The notes under the pieces: generated by a model
Told to the model about the DNA's origin: nothing
The model's input: only the letters and a program-made list of their open reading frames with translations
The model's database searches: none
Program-made: the position numbers and the translations under genes
Shown here: piece after piece, positions 38,681 to 49,848 of the stretch
Position numbering within the stretch: the first letter of the stretch is position 1
Layout: each line of letters opens with the position of its first letter
From: an uncultured Clostridium sp.
GTDB lineage: Bacteria > Bacillota > Clostridia > Christensenellales > CAG-138
Direction: 5' to 3'
NCBI GenBank assembly: GCA_964612925.1
Contig: CAZTFU010000009.1
Span: 4,806-68,805 of the forward strand
Length of the DNA stretch: 64,000 bases

Positions 38681-39306
38681 ATAAGCCCCCTGTTCATCAA
38701 AAAGCCCTTCTCATTCCATGTTATGAATCTACGCTTGCCATCCTTCATTATTTCTATTTCGCATATGCCGCAGTTATCCACCTTTACCCACCTTAGGTTT
38801 TCAAACGGTATGCCTGCCGAGTTCGCAACAAGCAGTTTTATCGGCATGGTATGGCTGACCAAAGCTACGGTTGAATCGGGCTCGTTTTCGTTTATTGCAA
38901 TATTCATTGCCTTTTCGGCACGATCAAGTATTGCATAGGCCGATTCCGCCTTCATCATGGCGCTTTTTTCTTCATCAAGGTGCCATGACCAATCAGACCA
39001 AAAATCGGGGAACTCATTTGCAAGTTCGGCAGAGGTTTTCCCTTCCCAAAGGCCAAAATCTATCTCAATCAATCCGTCAAGCTTTTTTGTTTCAAGTCCG
39101 TGCTTTTGGGCGATGGCCTCGGCCGTATTATATGCCCTTTTGAGTGGAGAGGCGTACACTGCATCAATTTTGCGCATGCTTAACCATTCCGCTACAGCCT
39201 GCGCCTGCGCTTCTCCCCTATCGTTCAGCTCAACATCGGTTCTTCCCTGCACACGACCCTCGCTGTTCCAGTGCGTTTGTCCGTGGCGAATAAATAGTAT
39301 TTTCAT
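38677..39306 (-). CDS. Histidine phosphatase family protein
   Basis: RHGQT, SPLKRA, EIDFGLWEG, VSH. Confidence 0.88.
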   Translation of the reverse strand: MKILFIRHGQTHWNSEGRVQGRTDVELNDRGEAQAQAVAEWLSMRKIDAVYASPLKRAYNTAEAIAQKHGLETKKLDGLIEIDFGLWEGKTSAELANEFPDFWSDWSWHLDEEKSAMMKAESAYAILDRAEKAMNIAINENEPDSTVALVSHTMPIKLLVANSAGIPFENLRWVKVDNCGICEIEIMKDGKRRFITWNEKGFLMNRGLI

Positions 39307-40193
39307 TCTCTGCCGTTCTCCTTGGTAACATAAACGCCGTGGCTGCCCCATATGCCTTCAAGCTGGCTCAGTGTATTTGATACCTGATCCCTACACCTTA
39401 AACTGCATGCAACGATTATTGCGTTTATAAGGCTGAGCGGTGCAACAAGCGAATCGGCAAAACCTGCCATGTCACTCCTTGCAATAAGCGCATGTTCTGC
39501 CTTTTCCGCTATGGGAGAGGATACGCTGTCCGTTATGGCGATTATGGTTGCCCCCTTGCTGCGGGCAAATTCAAGTGCATCTATGGTGCGGTTTGAATAG
39601 CGCGGGAAGCTTATGCCGATACACACGTCATCTTTACCTATACGGAAAATATCTTCATATATATTGCCCATGGTACTTGATGCAACCGTTATGTTATCGA
39701 ATACAAATCCCAAGTAATACGCAAGGAACTGCGCAAGCGGTGCGGCGCTCATAAGTCCGACTATATATATTCGTTTTGCCTCAAGCAGTGCATTTATTGC
39801 CGCATTAAAAGAGGCATTGTCTATCGTATCAATCGTTGCACGGATATTTGAAACATCCGATTTAAGCACGGATCTGAGCACATCATTCGGCTGAAGATCA
39901 CCCGTAAGCTGAATACGCTGCACGCTTGTAAGCTTGTTTCTTATCAATTCCTGCAAAGATTTTTGCAATTCGGGATAACCGTCATACCCAAGGGCATACG
40001 CAAAGCGTACCACGGTGGATTCGCTCACGCCGACTATACGTCCCATTTTGGATGCCGTTATAAAAGCGGCCCTATCATAGTTTTCGGTTATATATGCCGC
40101 AAGCTGTTTTTGACCCTTGCTCAGAGTTTTATAGCTTCTGTTGAGCCTTACAAGCAGGTCGCTTCCTTCGTTTTTTTCGATATCCTTGCGCAT
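39303..40193 (-). CDS. MurR/RpiR family transcriptional regulator
   Basis: VSESTVVRFA HTH; SIS 'ISFPRYS', 'ITDSVSSP'. Confidence 0.9.
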   Translation of the reverse strand: MRKDIEKNEGSDLLVRLNRSYKTLSKGQKQLAAYITENYDRAAFITASKMGRIVGVSESTVVRFAYALGYDGYPELQKSLQELIRNKLTSVQRIQLTGDLQPNDVLRSVLKSDVSNIRATIDTIDNASFNAAINALLEAKRIYIVGLMSAAPLAQFLAYYLGFVFDNITVASSTMGNIYEDIFRIGKDDVCIGISFPRYSNRTIDALEFARSKGATIIAITDSVSSPIAEKAEHALIARSDMAGFADSLVAPLSLINAIIVACSLRCRDQVSNTLSQLEGIWGSHGVYVTKENGRE

Positions 40194-40194
40194 T

Positions 40195-40953
40195 TTATTC
40201 GCACCGACCTTCCTTTAGCTTTTTTAGCATTTTTTCATCGGTAAAGCTCATTTGCATGGGTGTTATTGTTGCGTAGCCCTTCTGCACCCATCTGTCATCA
40301 ACATCGTCATCTTCTTCGCTCATATAGATTATGCCCTGACGTGAATAATACATTTCTTCACCGTTTTCATCGCACACAACATCATATTCCTCGGGATATT
40401 TATGGAAGCCGAGCGGTGTAAGCTTTATACCCTTGCACTCACTGCGCGCTCCATCCTGTGCATTTACGTTGAGCAGCATAAGCTCGTCATTTTCACGCAT
40501 AAGTTCCATTGCCTTTTCAAGGCCGTATATGCAGGAATCAAAATTTTTGGGTTCAAATGAATAGTTTGATACAGCTATGGCCTTAACACCGTACAGTACC
40601 GCCTCCATCGCCGCGCCCACGGTGCCCGAATATAGCGTATCCATACCAAGATTGCTGCCGTGGTTTATGCCCGACACAACAAGATCGGGCTTCTTCCCCA
40701 TGATACTCATGCCGAGCTTTGCACAGTCCGACGGTGTACCGCCTATTGCGTATACGGGGATATCTTCAAGTCCGTCAAGATTCACACGTTTTACGCTTAT
40801 TCCGAATTCACTGCACGTAAATGAATGGCTTGCGCCGCTGCGCTGTACGTTCGGCGCGGCAATGGTAACCTCATGCTGCCCCCTCAAAGCTTCCGCAAGC
40901 GCACGAATTCCCGCCGCGTATACACCGTCATCATTGGTAAGAAGAATCCTCAT
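40195..40953 (-). CDS. surE: 5'/3'-nucleotidase SurE
   Basis: ILLTNDDG, GTPSDC, SGINHGSNLG, YSGTVGAA. Confidence 0.93.
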   Translation of the reverse strand: MRILLTNDDGVYAAGIRALAEALRGQHEVTIAAPNVQRSGASHSFTCSEFGISVKRVNLDGLEDIPVYAIGGTPSDCAKLGMSIMGKKPDLVVSGINHGSNLGMDTLYSGTVGAAMEAVLYGVKAIAVSNYSFEPKNFDSCIYGLEKAMELMRENDELMLLNVNAQDGARSECKGIKLTPLGFHKYPEEYDVVCDENGEEMYYSRQGIIYMSEEDDDVDDRWVQKGYATITPMQMSFTDEKMLKKLKEGRCE

Positions 40954-41151
40954 AGCATTTCCCCTTATTCTTTCATTTTTCTGTATTTCTTTCATATTCT
41001 ACCAGAAAGGCGCAAATATAGCAACACGGTAGCAAAAATGATGCAAGAAATGCACCGATATAATGCAACGATATAGAAAAAGTCGGAAAAGCAAAGCCTT
41101 TCCGACCATCATGTACATTTAGCTAAACCTTACAACCTCTCCAAGACAAGA

Positions 41152-41322
41152 TTAATACTTGCGCTTGCGAGCAGCTTCGGCTTTCTTCTTGCGCTTCACG
41201 CTGGGCTTCTCATAATGCTCACGCCTACGAACCTCAGCGAGGACGCCAGAGCGCGCGCACTTACGTTTGAACCGTTTCAGGGCACTCTCCAGGGACTCGT
41301 TTTCGCCTACACGAATTTCCAT
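41152..41322 (-). CDS. rpsU: 30S ribosomal protein S21
   Basis: [20 protein letters not shown]...[12 protein letters not shown]. Confidence 0.96.
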   Translation of the reverse strand: MEIRVGENESLESALKRFKRKCARSGVLAEVRRREHYEKPSVKRKKKAEAARKRKY

Positions 41323-41514
41323 TTCTTTATCCCTCCCCTCTGATGCAACATAGCGGTTATATTCACTCCTTTTTATGAAGTGTATCCGCAAACAAAGATA
41401 TTATAAGGGAACAAGCTTTCAAAGTCAACCCAAATACGCTAATTTTCCCTTATCAACATAATTTGCCTGCCGAAAAGTGTTATCCGGCAGGCAAAATTTC
41501 AGTTAAAAATGCGC

Positions 41515-42456
41515 TTATAAGCCCATCTGAGCTCTGTACTTTTCAAGCTCCTCCTGATTTGCCATTATGAAGTGGCCGGGCTCAATCTCGGTCCAAACCG
41601 GCTTGTCGGTTTCATAATGGTGGCAGGAAGGATCGTACACTTCAAGCACCTTTTCGCGTTCGCTTTCGGGATCCGGCATGGGGATTGCAGAAAGCAATGC
41701 GCGGGTATAAGGATGCAGGGGATGTGCGAAAAGCTTCTCGGTTTCGGAAAGTTCGACTATAACGCCCTTGTGTATAACGGCTATCCTATCGCAGATGAAG
41801 CGCATAACGCTCAGATCGTGCGCTATGAACAGATAGGTAAGGCCGCGTTCCTTCTGCAGCTTGCTCATAAGGTTGAGCACCTGCGCCCTTATGGAAACGT
41901 CCAGTGCGGATATAGGTTCGTCTGCAATTATGAATTCCGGCTGCATTATAAGGCTTCTTGCGATACCTATACGCTGACGCTGACCGCCCGAAAACTCATG
42001 CGGAAAACGGCTTGCAAACTCGGGTAGCAGACCAACGTCCGAAAGTGCCTTGCTGACTTCCGCTTCCTTTGCTTCCTTGGAAATATCTGGGTGAACGTTG
42101 ATAAGGCCCTCGGATACGATGTAGTCAACCTTGGCGCGCTCGTTAAGGCTGGCCATAGGATCTTGGAATATCATCTGTATCTTCTGCGTAACTTCCCTAT
42201 CAAGGTGACGGCTTATTTTGCCGTTTATGCGCTGACCCTTGAATATAACCTCACCGGCGGACATGGGGTTGATGCGGATTATCGCACGGCCGATAGTGGT
42301 TTTACCGGAGCCGGATTCACCGACCAGACCGAATGTTTCGCCCTTGAAGATGTCAAAGCTTACTCCCTTGACGGCAACGAACTTTTTCTTTCCTTTGCCG
42401 AAGGTGACCTCCATATCATGCACCTGAAGCAGGGGTTCTTTTTTCATATCAGTCAT
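41515..42456 (-). CDS. oppF: Oligopeptide ABC transporter ATP-binding subunit
   Basis: [32 protein letters not shown]. Confidence 0.92.
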   Translation of the reverse strand: MTDMKKEPLLQVHDMEVTFGKGKKKFVAVKGVSFDIFKGETFGLVGESGSGKTTIGRAIIRINPMSAGEVIFKGQRINGKISRHLDREVTQKIQMIFQDPMASLNERAKVDYIVSEGLINVHPDISKEAKEAEVSKALSDVGLLPEFASRFPHEFSGGQRQRIGIARSLIMQPEFIIADEPISALDVSIRAQVLNLMSKLQKERGLTYLFIAHDLSVMRFICDRIAVIHKGVIVELSETEKLFAHPLHPYTRALLSAIPMPDPESEREKVLEVYDPSCHHYETDKPVWTEIEPGHFIMANQEELEKYRAQMGL

Positions 42457-43531
42457 TCTTAGCACCTCCGACAGTACGCATGTTTCTCATGCTCCTTATG
42501 TTCTTTATGCTTGCAGGCGGTTCAACATGGGGAGCCCTCGGATCGAGCAGCCATGTGCGCGCCTTATGCGTGGGCGAAACCTCGAAATACGGCGGCCTGT
42601 GCAGGAAGTCAATCTTCAGTGCCTGAGGATTACGCGCCGCAAAAGCATCGCCGCGTATTGGGTGGAACAGGTTCGGAGGGGTACCCTTTATGGAGTACAG
42701 ATCCTCGCCCTTCACGCCAAGCTGAGGCAAGCTTGAAAGCAGTGCCCATGTGTACGGATGCTTTGGGTTATAGAACACCTCATCGGTGGTACCTATTTCA
42801 ACAATGTCACCTGCGTACATAACGGCAATACGGTCTGCCACGTTTGCAACAACGCCAAGGTCATGGGTGATGTAGATGGTAGTCAATTCATATTTGTCCT
42901 TCAGAGCCTTGATAAGGTTCAATATCTGCGCCTGAATGGTAACGTCCAGTGCGGTGGTAGGCTCGTCGCAAATAAGTATGCGCGGATTACAGGCCATAGC
43001 AATTGCTATAACGACCCTTTGTCTCATACCGCCCGAAAACTCATGCGGATACTGCTCATATCTGCGCTCGGGTTCGGGGATACCAACGTCTGCCAATATT
43101 TCTATTGCTTTCTTCTTGGCATCTTCCCCATGCAGATCCTGGTGCAGCTTGAGCGCTTCGCAAATCTGCCAACCGATGGTCTTAAGCGGGTTAAGGCTGG
43201 TCATGGGGTCCTGCATTACCATTGCAACTTCCCTACCGCGAATGCCGAACCAATCCTTTTCGGTTTTAAGCTGAGCCAAGTCAATCGGGTTTTCGCTGTC
43301 ACGACCGAAGTACATTATTTCGCCCGAATCCACCCAACCGTTGTTATCCAACAAGCCGATAAAGTTCTTTGTAAACACGCTCTTGCCGGAGCCGGACTCA
43401 CCGACTATTGCAAGGCTTTCGCCCTTGTACAGTTCAAGGTTAATGCCACGAATGGCGTGCAATACCTTGCCGCGCAGGCTGAATTTAACGTTTAGGTCCT
43501 TTACAGAAAGGATGATCTCTTTGTTTTCCAT
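42449..43531 (-). CDS. oppD: Oligopeptide ABC transporter ATP-binding subunit
   Basis: [30 protein letters not shown]. Confidence 0.92.
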   Translation of the reverse strand: MENKEIILSVKDLNVKFSLRGKVLHAIRGINLELYKGESLAIVGESGSGKSVFTKNFIGLLDNNGWVDSGEIMYFGRDSENPIDLAQLKTEKDWFGIRGREVAMVMQDPMTSLNPLKTIGWQICEALKLHQDLHGEDAKKKAIEILADVGIPEPERRYEQYPHEFSGGMRQRVVIAIAMACNPRILICDEPTTALDVTIQAQILNLIKALKDKYELTTIYITHDLGVVANVADRIAVMYAGDIVEIGTTDEVFYNPKHPYTWALLSSLPQLGVKGEDLYSIKGTPPNLFHPIRGDAFAARNPQALKIDFLHRPPYFEVSPTHKARTWLLDPRAPHVEPPASIKNIRSMRNMRTVGGAKND

Positions 43532-43543
43532 ATTAAGACCTCC

Positions 43544-45232
43544 TTAAACGTGATTCTTGGGATCGGCTGCGTCGCTGAACGCATTACCTACCAAGTAGAA
43601 GCACACGGTGATTATGGAAAGGAATATCGCCGGTACTATAAGCTGATACCTAAGACTCGGCGCCATCATAAGGCTACGACCTTTGTTTATAAGGTTACCG
43701 AGAGACGGAGTATCTATGGGCAATCCAAGGTTGATGTACGCAAGGAACACTTCCGAACCTATTGCGCCCGGTATAGCAAGGGCCATCCTCAGCATTATAA
43801 CGGAAACCATCTGCGGCAGCAGATTCTTTATTATAATGCGGCGGGTTGGCGTGCCAAGGCAGCGAGACGCCAGGTTGAAGTCGCGGTCACGAATAATTAT
43901 GACCTGATTACGGATAAAGCGCGCAAGGCCTATCCAACCGGTTATGCTCATCGCGATTATTATAGTCTGTACGCTCGGCCTCATAACATATGAAGCGAGA
44001 ATAAGAATTATCGTGGAAGGAATGTTGTTTATAACATTGTATATCTCGGTGAACAGGAAGTCCAGCTTGCGCACATAGCCCCAAAGCAGACCTGCAAGTA
44101 TACCGACAACAGCTTCTATCGCCGCAACGATTATACCTATAAACAAGCTTGTACGCGTACCGCTCCACATTCTGGCCCACAGATCCTGACCTATATCATT
44201 GGTGCCGAACCAGAATACTTCGTTCGGCTTCTGATTGCTTATAAAGCCTACCTGCGGCGTTATTTCGCTTGGGTCGGTAACGCGGGCGACGCCCTTGTTC
44301 ATGCCCTTCTTGGTGCCATCCTCGCTCACGATTTCAAGCATCATCTGCTCGCTGTTTACGAAGGTATAATACCATCCTTCATTACCGTCGCCTTCAAGCG
44401 CGGTAAGCTCGACGGGAACGACCTCACTGCCACGCATTATTGCGCTTGAGGTAACACTCGGTACGCCCCAATCGGAAGGCACATATATATAGGTAAGTAC
44501 ACAGCCTTCAGGCACATCGGTTATAAGGTCACCGTTTGTCTGCTTGGTAGAAGACGATGTAACACCCGTGGTTTCGCCGTCGACAACTACCCAGCACGCT
44601 TCAAAGTAGGTGGTCTTTGAACCATCCTCACTGGTGATGAACATGTAGGGCTTTTCTTCGCTTACTACAGCATAGTACCAACCGGAGTTATTGGGATCTT
44701 CCGTTGCGGTTATTTCCTCTGCAACGCCACCCTTTTCCTGAACATAGAGCTTTATCTTACCCCAATCCTCAGGTGCCTGAACATAGGCAAGAGTGGTCTC
44801 CTTACCGTCGGTTTCGACGGCATAGTCACCTTTGGTGTACTTTATACCGCTCATGGTCGTTTTGCCATCTTCATCTACCTTGAGCCAAACTGCCCTGTCA
44901 TCATAATAGTTAACAACGTTTGGATCGAACTGGTTCGGCAGATAGGGCTGAATGAACGTAAACAGCACCATGACAAGCATTATCACAAGGTTGGTTACGG
45001 CAACTTTATTCTTGAGGAATACCCTAAGCGTACTGCGCCAATAGGAATAGTTGGAATAACCTGCACGTTCCGCTTCGGACTCGTCATATTCCGCAATTTC
45101 AAAATCTTCCGGAGTAAGCTGACTTATCTCTTCTTCGGTAAGATCGTCCTTTTCGGTTATGGGCAAATTGGCCTGTTCAAGGCTTTCCTCAAGCTGTTTA
45201 GCCTGCTTTTCTTTGAATGAATACTTGCTCAT
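43544..45232 (-). CDS. oppC: Oligopeptide ABC transporter permease with ~200-aa extracytoplasmic insertion
   Basis: OppC N-terminal 'YWRSTLRVFLKNK', 'WFGTNDIGQDLWAR', EAA-like 'DFNLASRCLG', 'DAADP'. Confidence 0.9.
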   Translation of the reverse strand: MSKYSFKEKQAKQLEESLEQANLPITEKDDLTEEEISQLTPEDFEIAEYDESEAERAGYSNYSYWRSTLRVFLKNKVAVTNLVIMLVMVLFTFIQPYLPNQFDPNVVNYYDDRAVWLKVDEDGKTTMSGIKYTKGDYAVETDGKETTLAYVQAPEDWGKIKLYVQEKGGVAEEITATEDPNNSGWYYAVVSEEKPYMFITSEDGSKTTYFEACWVVVDGETTGVTSSSTKQTNGDLITDVPEGCVLTYIYVPSDWGVPSVTSSAIMRGSEVVPVELTALEGDGNEGWYYTFVNSEQMMLEIVSEDGTKKGMNKGVARVTDPSEITPQVGFISNQKPNEVFWFGTNDIGQDLWARMWSGTRTSLFIGIIVAAIEAVVGILAGLLWGYVRKLDFLFTEIYNVINNIPSTIILILASYVMRPSVQTIIIAMSITGWIGLARFIRNQVIIIRDRDFNLASRCLGTPTRRIIIKNLLPQMVSVIMLRMALAIPGAIGSEVFLAYINLGLPIDTPSLGNLINKGRSLMMAPSLRYQLIVPAIFLSIITVCFYLVGNAFSDAADPKNHV

Positions 45233-46170
45233 CTTGACCCCTCCTTCTTGGTGAAGCTAATGCGCGGGTCAACCACAGCCATAAGCAGGTCGCCCAACAG
45301 CAGACCGAGTATGCTCATAACAGCGAATATAACTACCAAAGCAAGCACCATGTTATTATCTTGTCTCTTTATAACGTCAACCAGCAGACCGCCCATACCG
45401 GGAATTGAATACAGCGATTCAACGTATATGGAGCCGGATATTGTCAAAAGGATGGAACCGGGGATCAGGTTCACCATAGGCACAACTGAGTTGCGGAAAA
45501 CGTGACGGAACCATATTGTGGTGTTCGGCACGCCCTTTGCACGGGCAAGCTTTATATAGTCCTTGTTCGTTTCGTCAACCATGTAACGCCTAAGCCACAT
45601 TGCATAGCTGGAAATGGAAGGCAGTGCAAGGGATATTACGGGCAAAATTAAGCTTGTCCACTGTTCTTCCTTGTACAGCATGCTTACTCCAAGCCAATCG
45701 GAACCGAACATCTGAATGAATATGAAGTAAACGGCATTCGGCACGGCCTGTATGAACACTATGTAGGCATTACCGAGCTTATCGGCAATACCGCCCTTGC
45801 TGCGCGCCATGAGTACGCCAAGTGCCATACCCAAAGGCAAGCTGACAGCCATTGCTATAAGGCCAACCTTCATTGAAATGCCGACCTTGGTTTTGATTAT
45901 ATCCGTTATAGGATAGTTTACGCGGTAGCGATAAGATACACCCAAGTCACCCTGTACGGCGTTGACTATAAACCTTACCACCTGTACATATAACGGATCC
46001 TTCAAGCCCATTTTGCGCAAACCGTTTTCAATCTGCTGGGGGCTCATCTTTTCATAGTTGTTGAAGTATCCTTCTTCAGGCATAGCGCGTACGAGAGCAA
46101 ACACGATTATTATCAAGATAACCAGGGTTATCAATGCCCTTCCGATACGCTTTAATGAATATAATAGCAC
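45229..46170 (-). CDS. oppB: Oligopeptide ABC transporter permease
   Basis: GDLGVS, 'DYIKLARAKG', VESLYSIPGMG, VDPRI; GTG start after GGAG. Confidence 0.9.
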   Translation of the reverse strand: MLLYSLKRIGRALITLVILIIIVFALVRAMPEEGYFNNYEKMSPQQIENGLRKMGLKDPLYVQVVRFIVNAVQGDLGVSYRYRVNYPITDIIKTKVGISMKVGLIAMAVSLPLGMALGVLMARSKGGIADKLGNAYIVFIQAVPNAVYFIFIQMFGSDWLGVSMLYKEEQWTSLILPVISLALPSISSYAMWLRRYMVDETNKDYIKLARAKGVPNTTIWFRHVFRNSVVPMVNLIPGSILLTISGSIYVESLYSIPGMGGLLVDVIKRQDNNMVLALVVIFAVMSILGLLLGDLLMAVVDPRISFTKKEGSR

Positions 46171-46355
46171 TTTATAGTTCTCCTTCAAATCCCACACATT
46201 GGTTTACTGCCCGGGATAATAGTGTAGTTTTTTATTATAGGCAAAGGGAGCCGACCGCTCCCCTTTTAGGAGAATGATTTTGCGGCCCCGCTCCGCATAA
46301 AACAGAGCAGAGCCGCACATTTCGTTTTTAGGATTTTATTCCTTTGTTGTAGGAA

Positions 46356-48461
46356 TTAGCCTTCGAGGGCTGCGGACCACTCGGCGTACTGAGCGTCAAA
46401 CATATCCTGACTCATAGCGGTCTTGTAGACATGCTGGCCCTTATAACGGCTGGTGGACTGACCCATCATTGCGAACTGACCTTCAAAGCCGTTCAGCTTG
46501 GTAGCCTGGTAGGAACCGCCGGAGATGAAGCCGGGAACTACGATGGCATGCTCAATGAGGTAACCTTCGGCTGCGGCAAACGCTTCATAGCGCTCGTCAA
46601 TGTCGCCGGTCTGCTCGCAAGCAAAGTCACGGAGTGCGAGGTATTCATCGATCAGAGCGGAAGTTTCTTCGGTCTTGGTGTACTGGTTGATACCATCGTA
46701 CGCAAGAGTGGTCTGATAGAAGAACTGGTAGTTGTTGCCATCTTCAAACGGATCGGACCAAGTTTCGGGATCCATGTAGTCTGCGCCCCAGTTGAGTTCC
46801 TGGATAGCGTAGTTACCGTTACGACGAGTCTCACCGAGGAAGGAGCCGCTGCCGCCCCAAGAAAGGACGATAACGTCAACGAAGTCTTCACCAAGGAGTC
46901 CTTCAATCTGCTGCTCAAGAACAATGGAAGCGTTGCCCCAAGAGGTGGAGCTGGAGTTGTAGTTCAGAGGGATCTTGATGGGGAAGGTTGCGCCGGCTGC
47001 TTCGAGTTCGGCCTTGGCAGCGTCACGATACTGGACTGCGAGGTCGGGATCAAAGTTATCGGTGTCAACGTAGTTGGCGAGGATACCATAGCTGGTGTAG
47101 TCCTTACCATCGTTTACGCTGAAGCCCTTCGGGGTGATGGTGTTGATCTTGTGGATGTCCGGATCGTCGCCGGGGTACTTGGCGGCAAGGTAGTCATCAC
47201 GGTTGATAGCGTGGAAGATAGCCTTACGGAAGTTCTCGTTGTTGACGGCGATTACCCAGTTCTCGGGTTCATATTCAGCATCGAACTTGGGTTCGAAGTT
47301 GAAACCAAACCAGTAGGAGTAGTCGGCGGTTACGCGTGAGGTGGAGATCATCTGGCTCTTCTCGGGATCGCTCAGCCATTCGGCTACGAGATCGGAGCTG
47401 ATGCTTGTGTAATCAACTTCACCGCGGATGAACAGTTCGGGTTCGACCGTGCTAGCTTCCGCGTTGTAGGTCTGCTCGATGCGCTCAATGTAGATGTGCT
47501 CGGCATCCCAGTTGTTTTCGTTCTTGGTGTAAACACGGCTCTGCTGAGGATTAAACTCAGAGAGGATGTAGGAACCGTTGAACCACATGCTGTAGTTGTC
47601 AAGGGCGTAGTTCTGGCCAAGCTCTTCAAGCAGAGCGGCGGGAGCGGGCCAATAGGTACCAAACTGCAGAGCAGTCAGGAAGTACGGACGGGGCTTGCAC
47701 AGATGGTACACAAGGGTGAGTTCGTCAACGGCTTCAACGCCGACTTCTTCGGCCTCAACAACGGGTATTTCTACCCATTCGGTGTACTTCTCATCTTCAT
47801 CACTCCAACTCTTGCCTTCCCAGAGGTTACCGTCGGCATCGTAAACGATGTCCTGATCCTTACCGGATTCGGTGCCCTGTTCAACGGCGGCAAGCACTGC
47901 GGAGGTGTAGTTAAGACGCTCTTCGGCGTTTACGATCCAGCCTTCCATGAGGTAGCTGTTGTCGCAACCCATAGCGGCATCGCAGACGTAACGAGCGGCT
48001 GCAACATAGTCGTTAGCGGTGACGGGATCCTTCTGGTTGCCGTCCGCATCGTACCAATACTGGCCGGCACGCAGATGGAAGGTCCAGGTAAGACCATCTT
48101 CGCTTACTTCCCAAGATTCTGCACCGGAAGGAACGATGCTACCATAGCTATCGTTTTCAACGAGGGAATCGATGGTGTTAGCACCGACAACCAGCTCGTA
48201 GGTGGTACCGGAGGACAGATAGTTCATGGTGGTCACTTCGCTAGAATACAGCGTGCGATACACCTGCTCATCGGCAAATTCACGACCGTCGGGACCGATG
48301 TTCGAAGGAACTTCGGGCTCCTGGGAAGCTTCAGGTGCCTGGCTTTCTGCGGGCTGCTGGTCCTGCTGCGGATTGTCGTCAACAACGGTGTTGTTCTGGC
48401 AACCGGCGAAGCAAGCTACTATCATCATGATAGCAAGCAGCATAGCAAGCGTTTTCTTCAT
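46356..48461 (-). CDS. oppA: Oligopeptide-binding lipoprotein
   Basis: Lipobox FAGC; 'AESWEVSEDGLTWTFHLR', 'WGADYMDP'. Confidence 0.92.
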   Translation of the reverse strand: MKKTLAMLLAIMMIVACFAGCQNNTVVDDNPQQDQQPAESQAPEASQEPEVPSNIGPDGREFADEQVYRTLYSSEVTTMNYLSSGTTYELVVGANTIDSLVENDSYGSIVPSGAESWEVSEDGLTWTFHLRAGQYWYDADGNQKDPVTANDYVAAARYVCDAAMGCDNSYLMEGWIVNAEERLNYTSAVLAAVEQGTESGKDQDIVYDADGNLWEGKSWSDEDEKYTEWVEIPVVEAEEVGVEAVDELTLVYHLCKPRPYFLTALQFGTYWPAPAALLEELGQNYALDNYSMWFNGSYILSEFNPQQSRVYTKNENNWDAEHIYIERIEQTYNAEASTVEPELFIRGEVDYTSISSDLVAEWLSDPEKSQMISTSRVTADYSYWFGFNFEPKFDAEYEPENWVIAVNNENFRKAIFHAINRDDYLAAKYPGDDPDIHKINTITPKGFSVNDGKDYTSYGILANYVDTDNFDPDLAVQYRDAAKAELEAAGATFPIKIPLNYNSSSTSWGNASIVLEQQIEGLLGEDFVDVIVLSWGGSGSFLGETRRNGNYAIQELNWGADYMDPETWSDPFEDGNNYQFFYQTTLAYDGINQYTKTEETSALIDEYLALRDFACEQTGDIDERYEAFAAAEGYLIEHAIVVPGFISGGSYQATKLNGFEGQFAMMGQSTSRYKGQHVYKTAMSQDMFDAQYAEWSAALEG

Positions 48462-48690
48462 TTTGTTCTCTCCTTTAATTTTTATTGCCCATAGTCTCCT
48501 ATGGGAAAACTATAAATCGCACAAGTGTTATGCGTTTCTTAACACGTTATAATGCAGTTATTATATAATACATAATTATTTTTAGCAACTACAAATTTGC
48601 TCATAATCCCACATTTGAATATGTATACATTTGTGCATGTATACAATTTTTTGTTACCTTTTTGTGACATTTACGGCGTATGCCGAGTTA

Positions 48691-49368
48691 TTATTCCGTC
48701 AAACCGCGCCTTTTAATTGCATCAAGCACCATATTTCCTATTTCTTCAATGCTGCGCAATCTGCCGCCCTCCATGCAGCTTATCACCTCCGCGTTTTCCA
48801 TGCGCTGAGCCACTTCAAGATATTTGTCCATTGCGCGCCGCTGTATGCCGTGGTCGGCTTCATAAATATCCTTACCGTCGCCGACATAACCACGGAAGCC
48901 CTTTTTGGTGACATTTTCCTCCGCCGCGCTCGGTTTTATGGAAAAAATGATGTTAAGATCCGGCTTGGGCAATCCCAAATGATCAAATTCAAGATCCATC
49001 ACCCAATCAACTATGTCACTCTTGTCAATATCTATATCGCGTACACTCTGGTATACAGCATTGGACAGAACATACCTATTTATAATAAGGAAGTCCGTTT
49101 CCCCATCCTTATAATCCTTAAAGCTTTCCCACCTGTCCATAGCAAACCACAGTGCCATGCTCTTGCCGTCTATTTCATCCGCGCGGATACCGTCCGCCCC
49201 GCTGAGCAATCGCCCTATTTGGCCGCCGAAATACGTCGAATACATCGGATAATCCCGCACGGCAACACTGTAGCCGAGTGAAGTCAGCCTTTCCTTCAGT
49301 GCGCGCACCTGCACACCCTTCCCCCCGCCGTCTATTCCTTCTATTGCTATTATCTTGGTTTTTTTCAT
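48691..49368 (-). CDS. Thymidylate kinase family protein
   Basis: IEGIDGGGKG P-loop, 'NRYVLSN', 'GLPKPDL'. Confidence 0.8.
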   Translation of the reverse strand: MKKTKIIAIEGIDGGGKGVQVRALKERLTSLGYSVAVRDYPMYSTYFGGQIGRLLSGADGIRADEIDGKSMALWFAMDRWESFKDYKDGETDFLIINRYVLSNAVYQSVRDIDIDKSDIVDWVMDLEFDHLGLPKPDLNIIFSIKPSAAEENVTKKGFRGYVGDGKDIYEADHGIQRRAMDKYLEVAQRMENAEVISCMEGGRLRSIEEIGNMVLDAIKRRGLTE

Positions 49369-49469
49369 AAACATCTCCCCTTACATATAATATATTAGCA
49401 CACATGTCGATTCAAAACAAGTCCGCCCGCGTTATGCAAAAATAATATTATTTTTATGCTAATAAGGTG

Positions 49470-49498
49470 TTGACATATTATATTATATGTCATATAAT
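49470..49498 (+). promoter_or_regulatory. sigmaA promoter overlapped by probable PadR operator
   Basis: TTGACA-17 nt-TATAAT with inverted repeat tgacatat-N6-atatgtca (49471-49492). Confidence 0.75.
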
Positions 49499-49524
49499 AT
49501 TGCCCATAGAAAGGAGGTGCCGAT

Positions 49525-49848
49525 ATGGTATTTCAGCTCGGCGCGGCATTGCTTGACGCTTGCGTGCTTGCAGTGCTTGATAAAGAGGATGCTTACGGCT
49601 ATGTGCTCACGCAAAGTATAAAGCAGGTAATGGATATTTCGGAATCCACCCTGTACCCCGTATTGAGAAGGCTGCAAAAGGACGGATTGCTTTCAACTTA
49701 CGATCAGCCCTTTTCAGGAAGATTAAGGCGATATTACGCATTGACCGAACAAGGGCGAAGCAAGCTGAACGAATATAGGGAAGAATGGAGAGCGTATACG
49801 CAAAGAGTGGATTCACTCTTGTGTAAGGAAAATGTATACGATGAATAG
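49525..49848 (+). CDS. PadR family transcriptional regulator
   Basis: 'YGYVL...ISESTLYPVLRRL...RRYYALTEQG'. Confidence 0.92.
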   Translation: MVFQLGAALLDACVLAVLDKEDAYGYVLTQSIKQVMDISESTLYPVLRRLQKDGLLSTYDQPFSGRLRRYYALTEQGRSKLNEYREEWRAYTQRVDSLLCKENVYDE

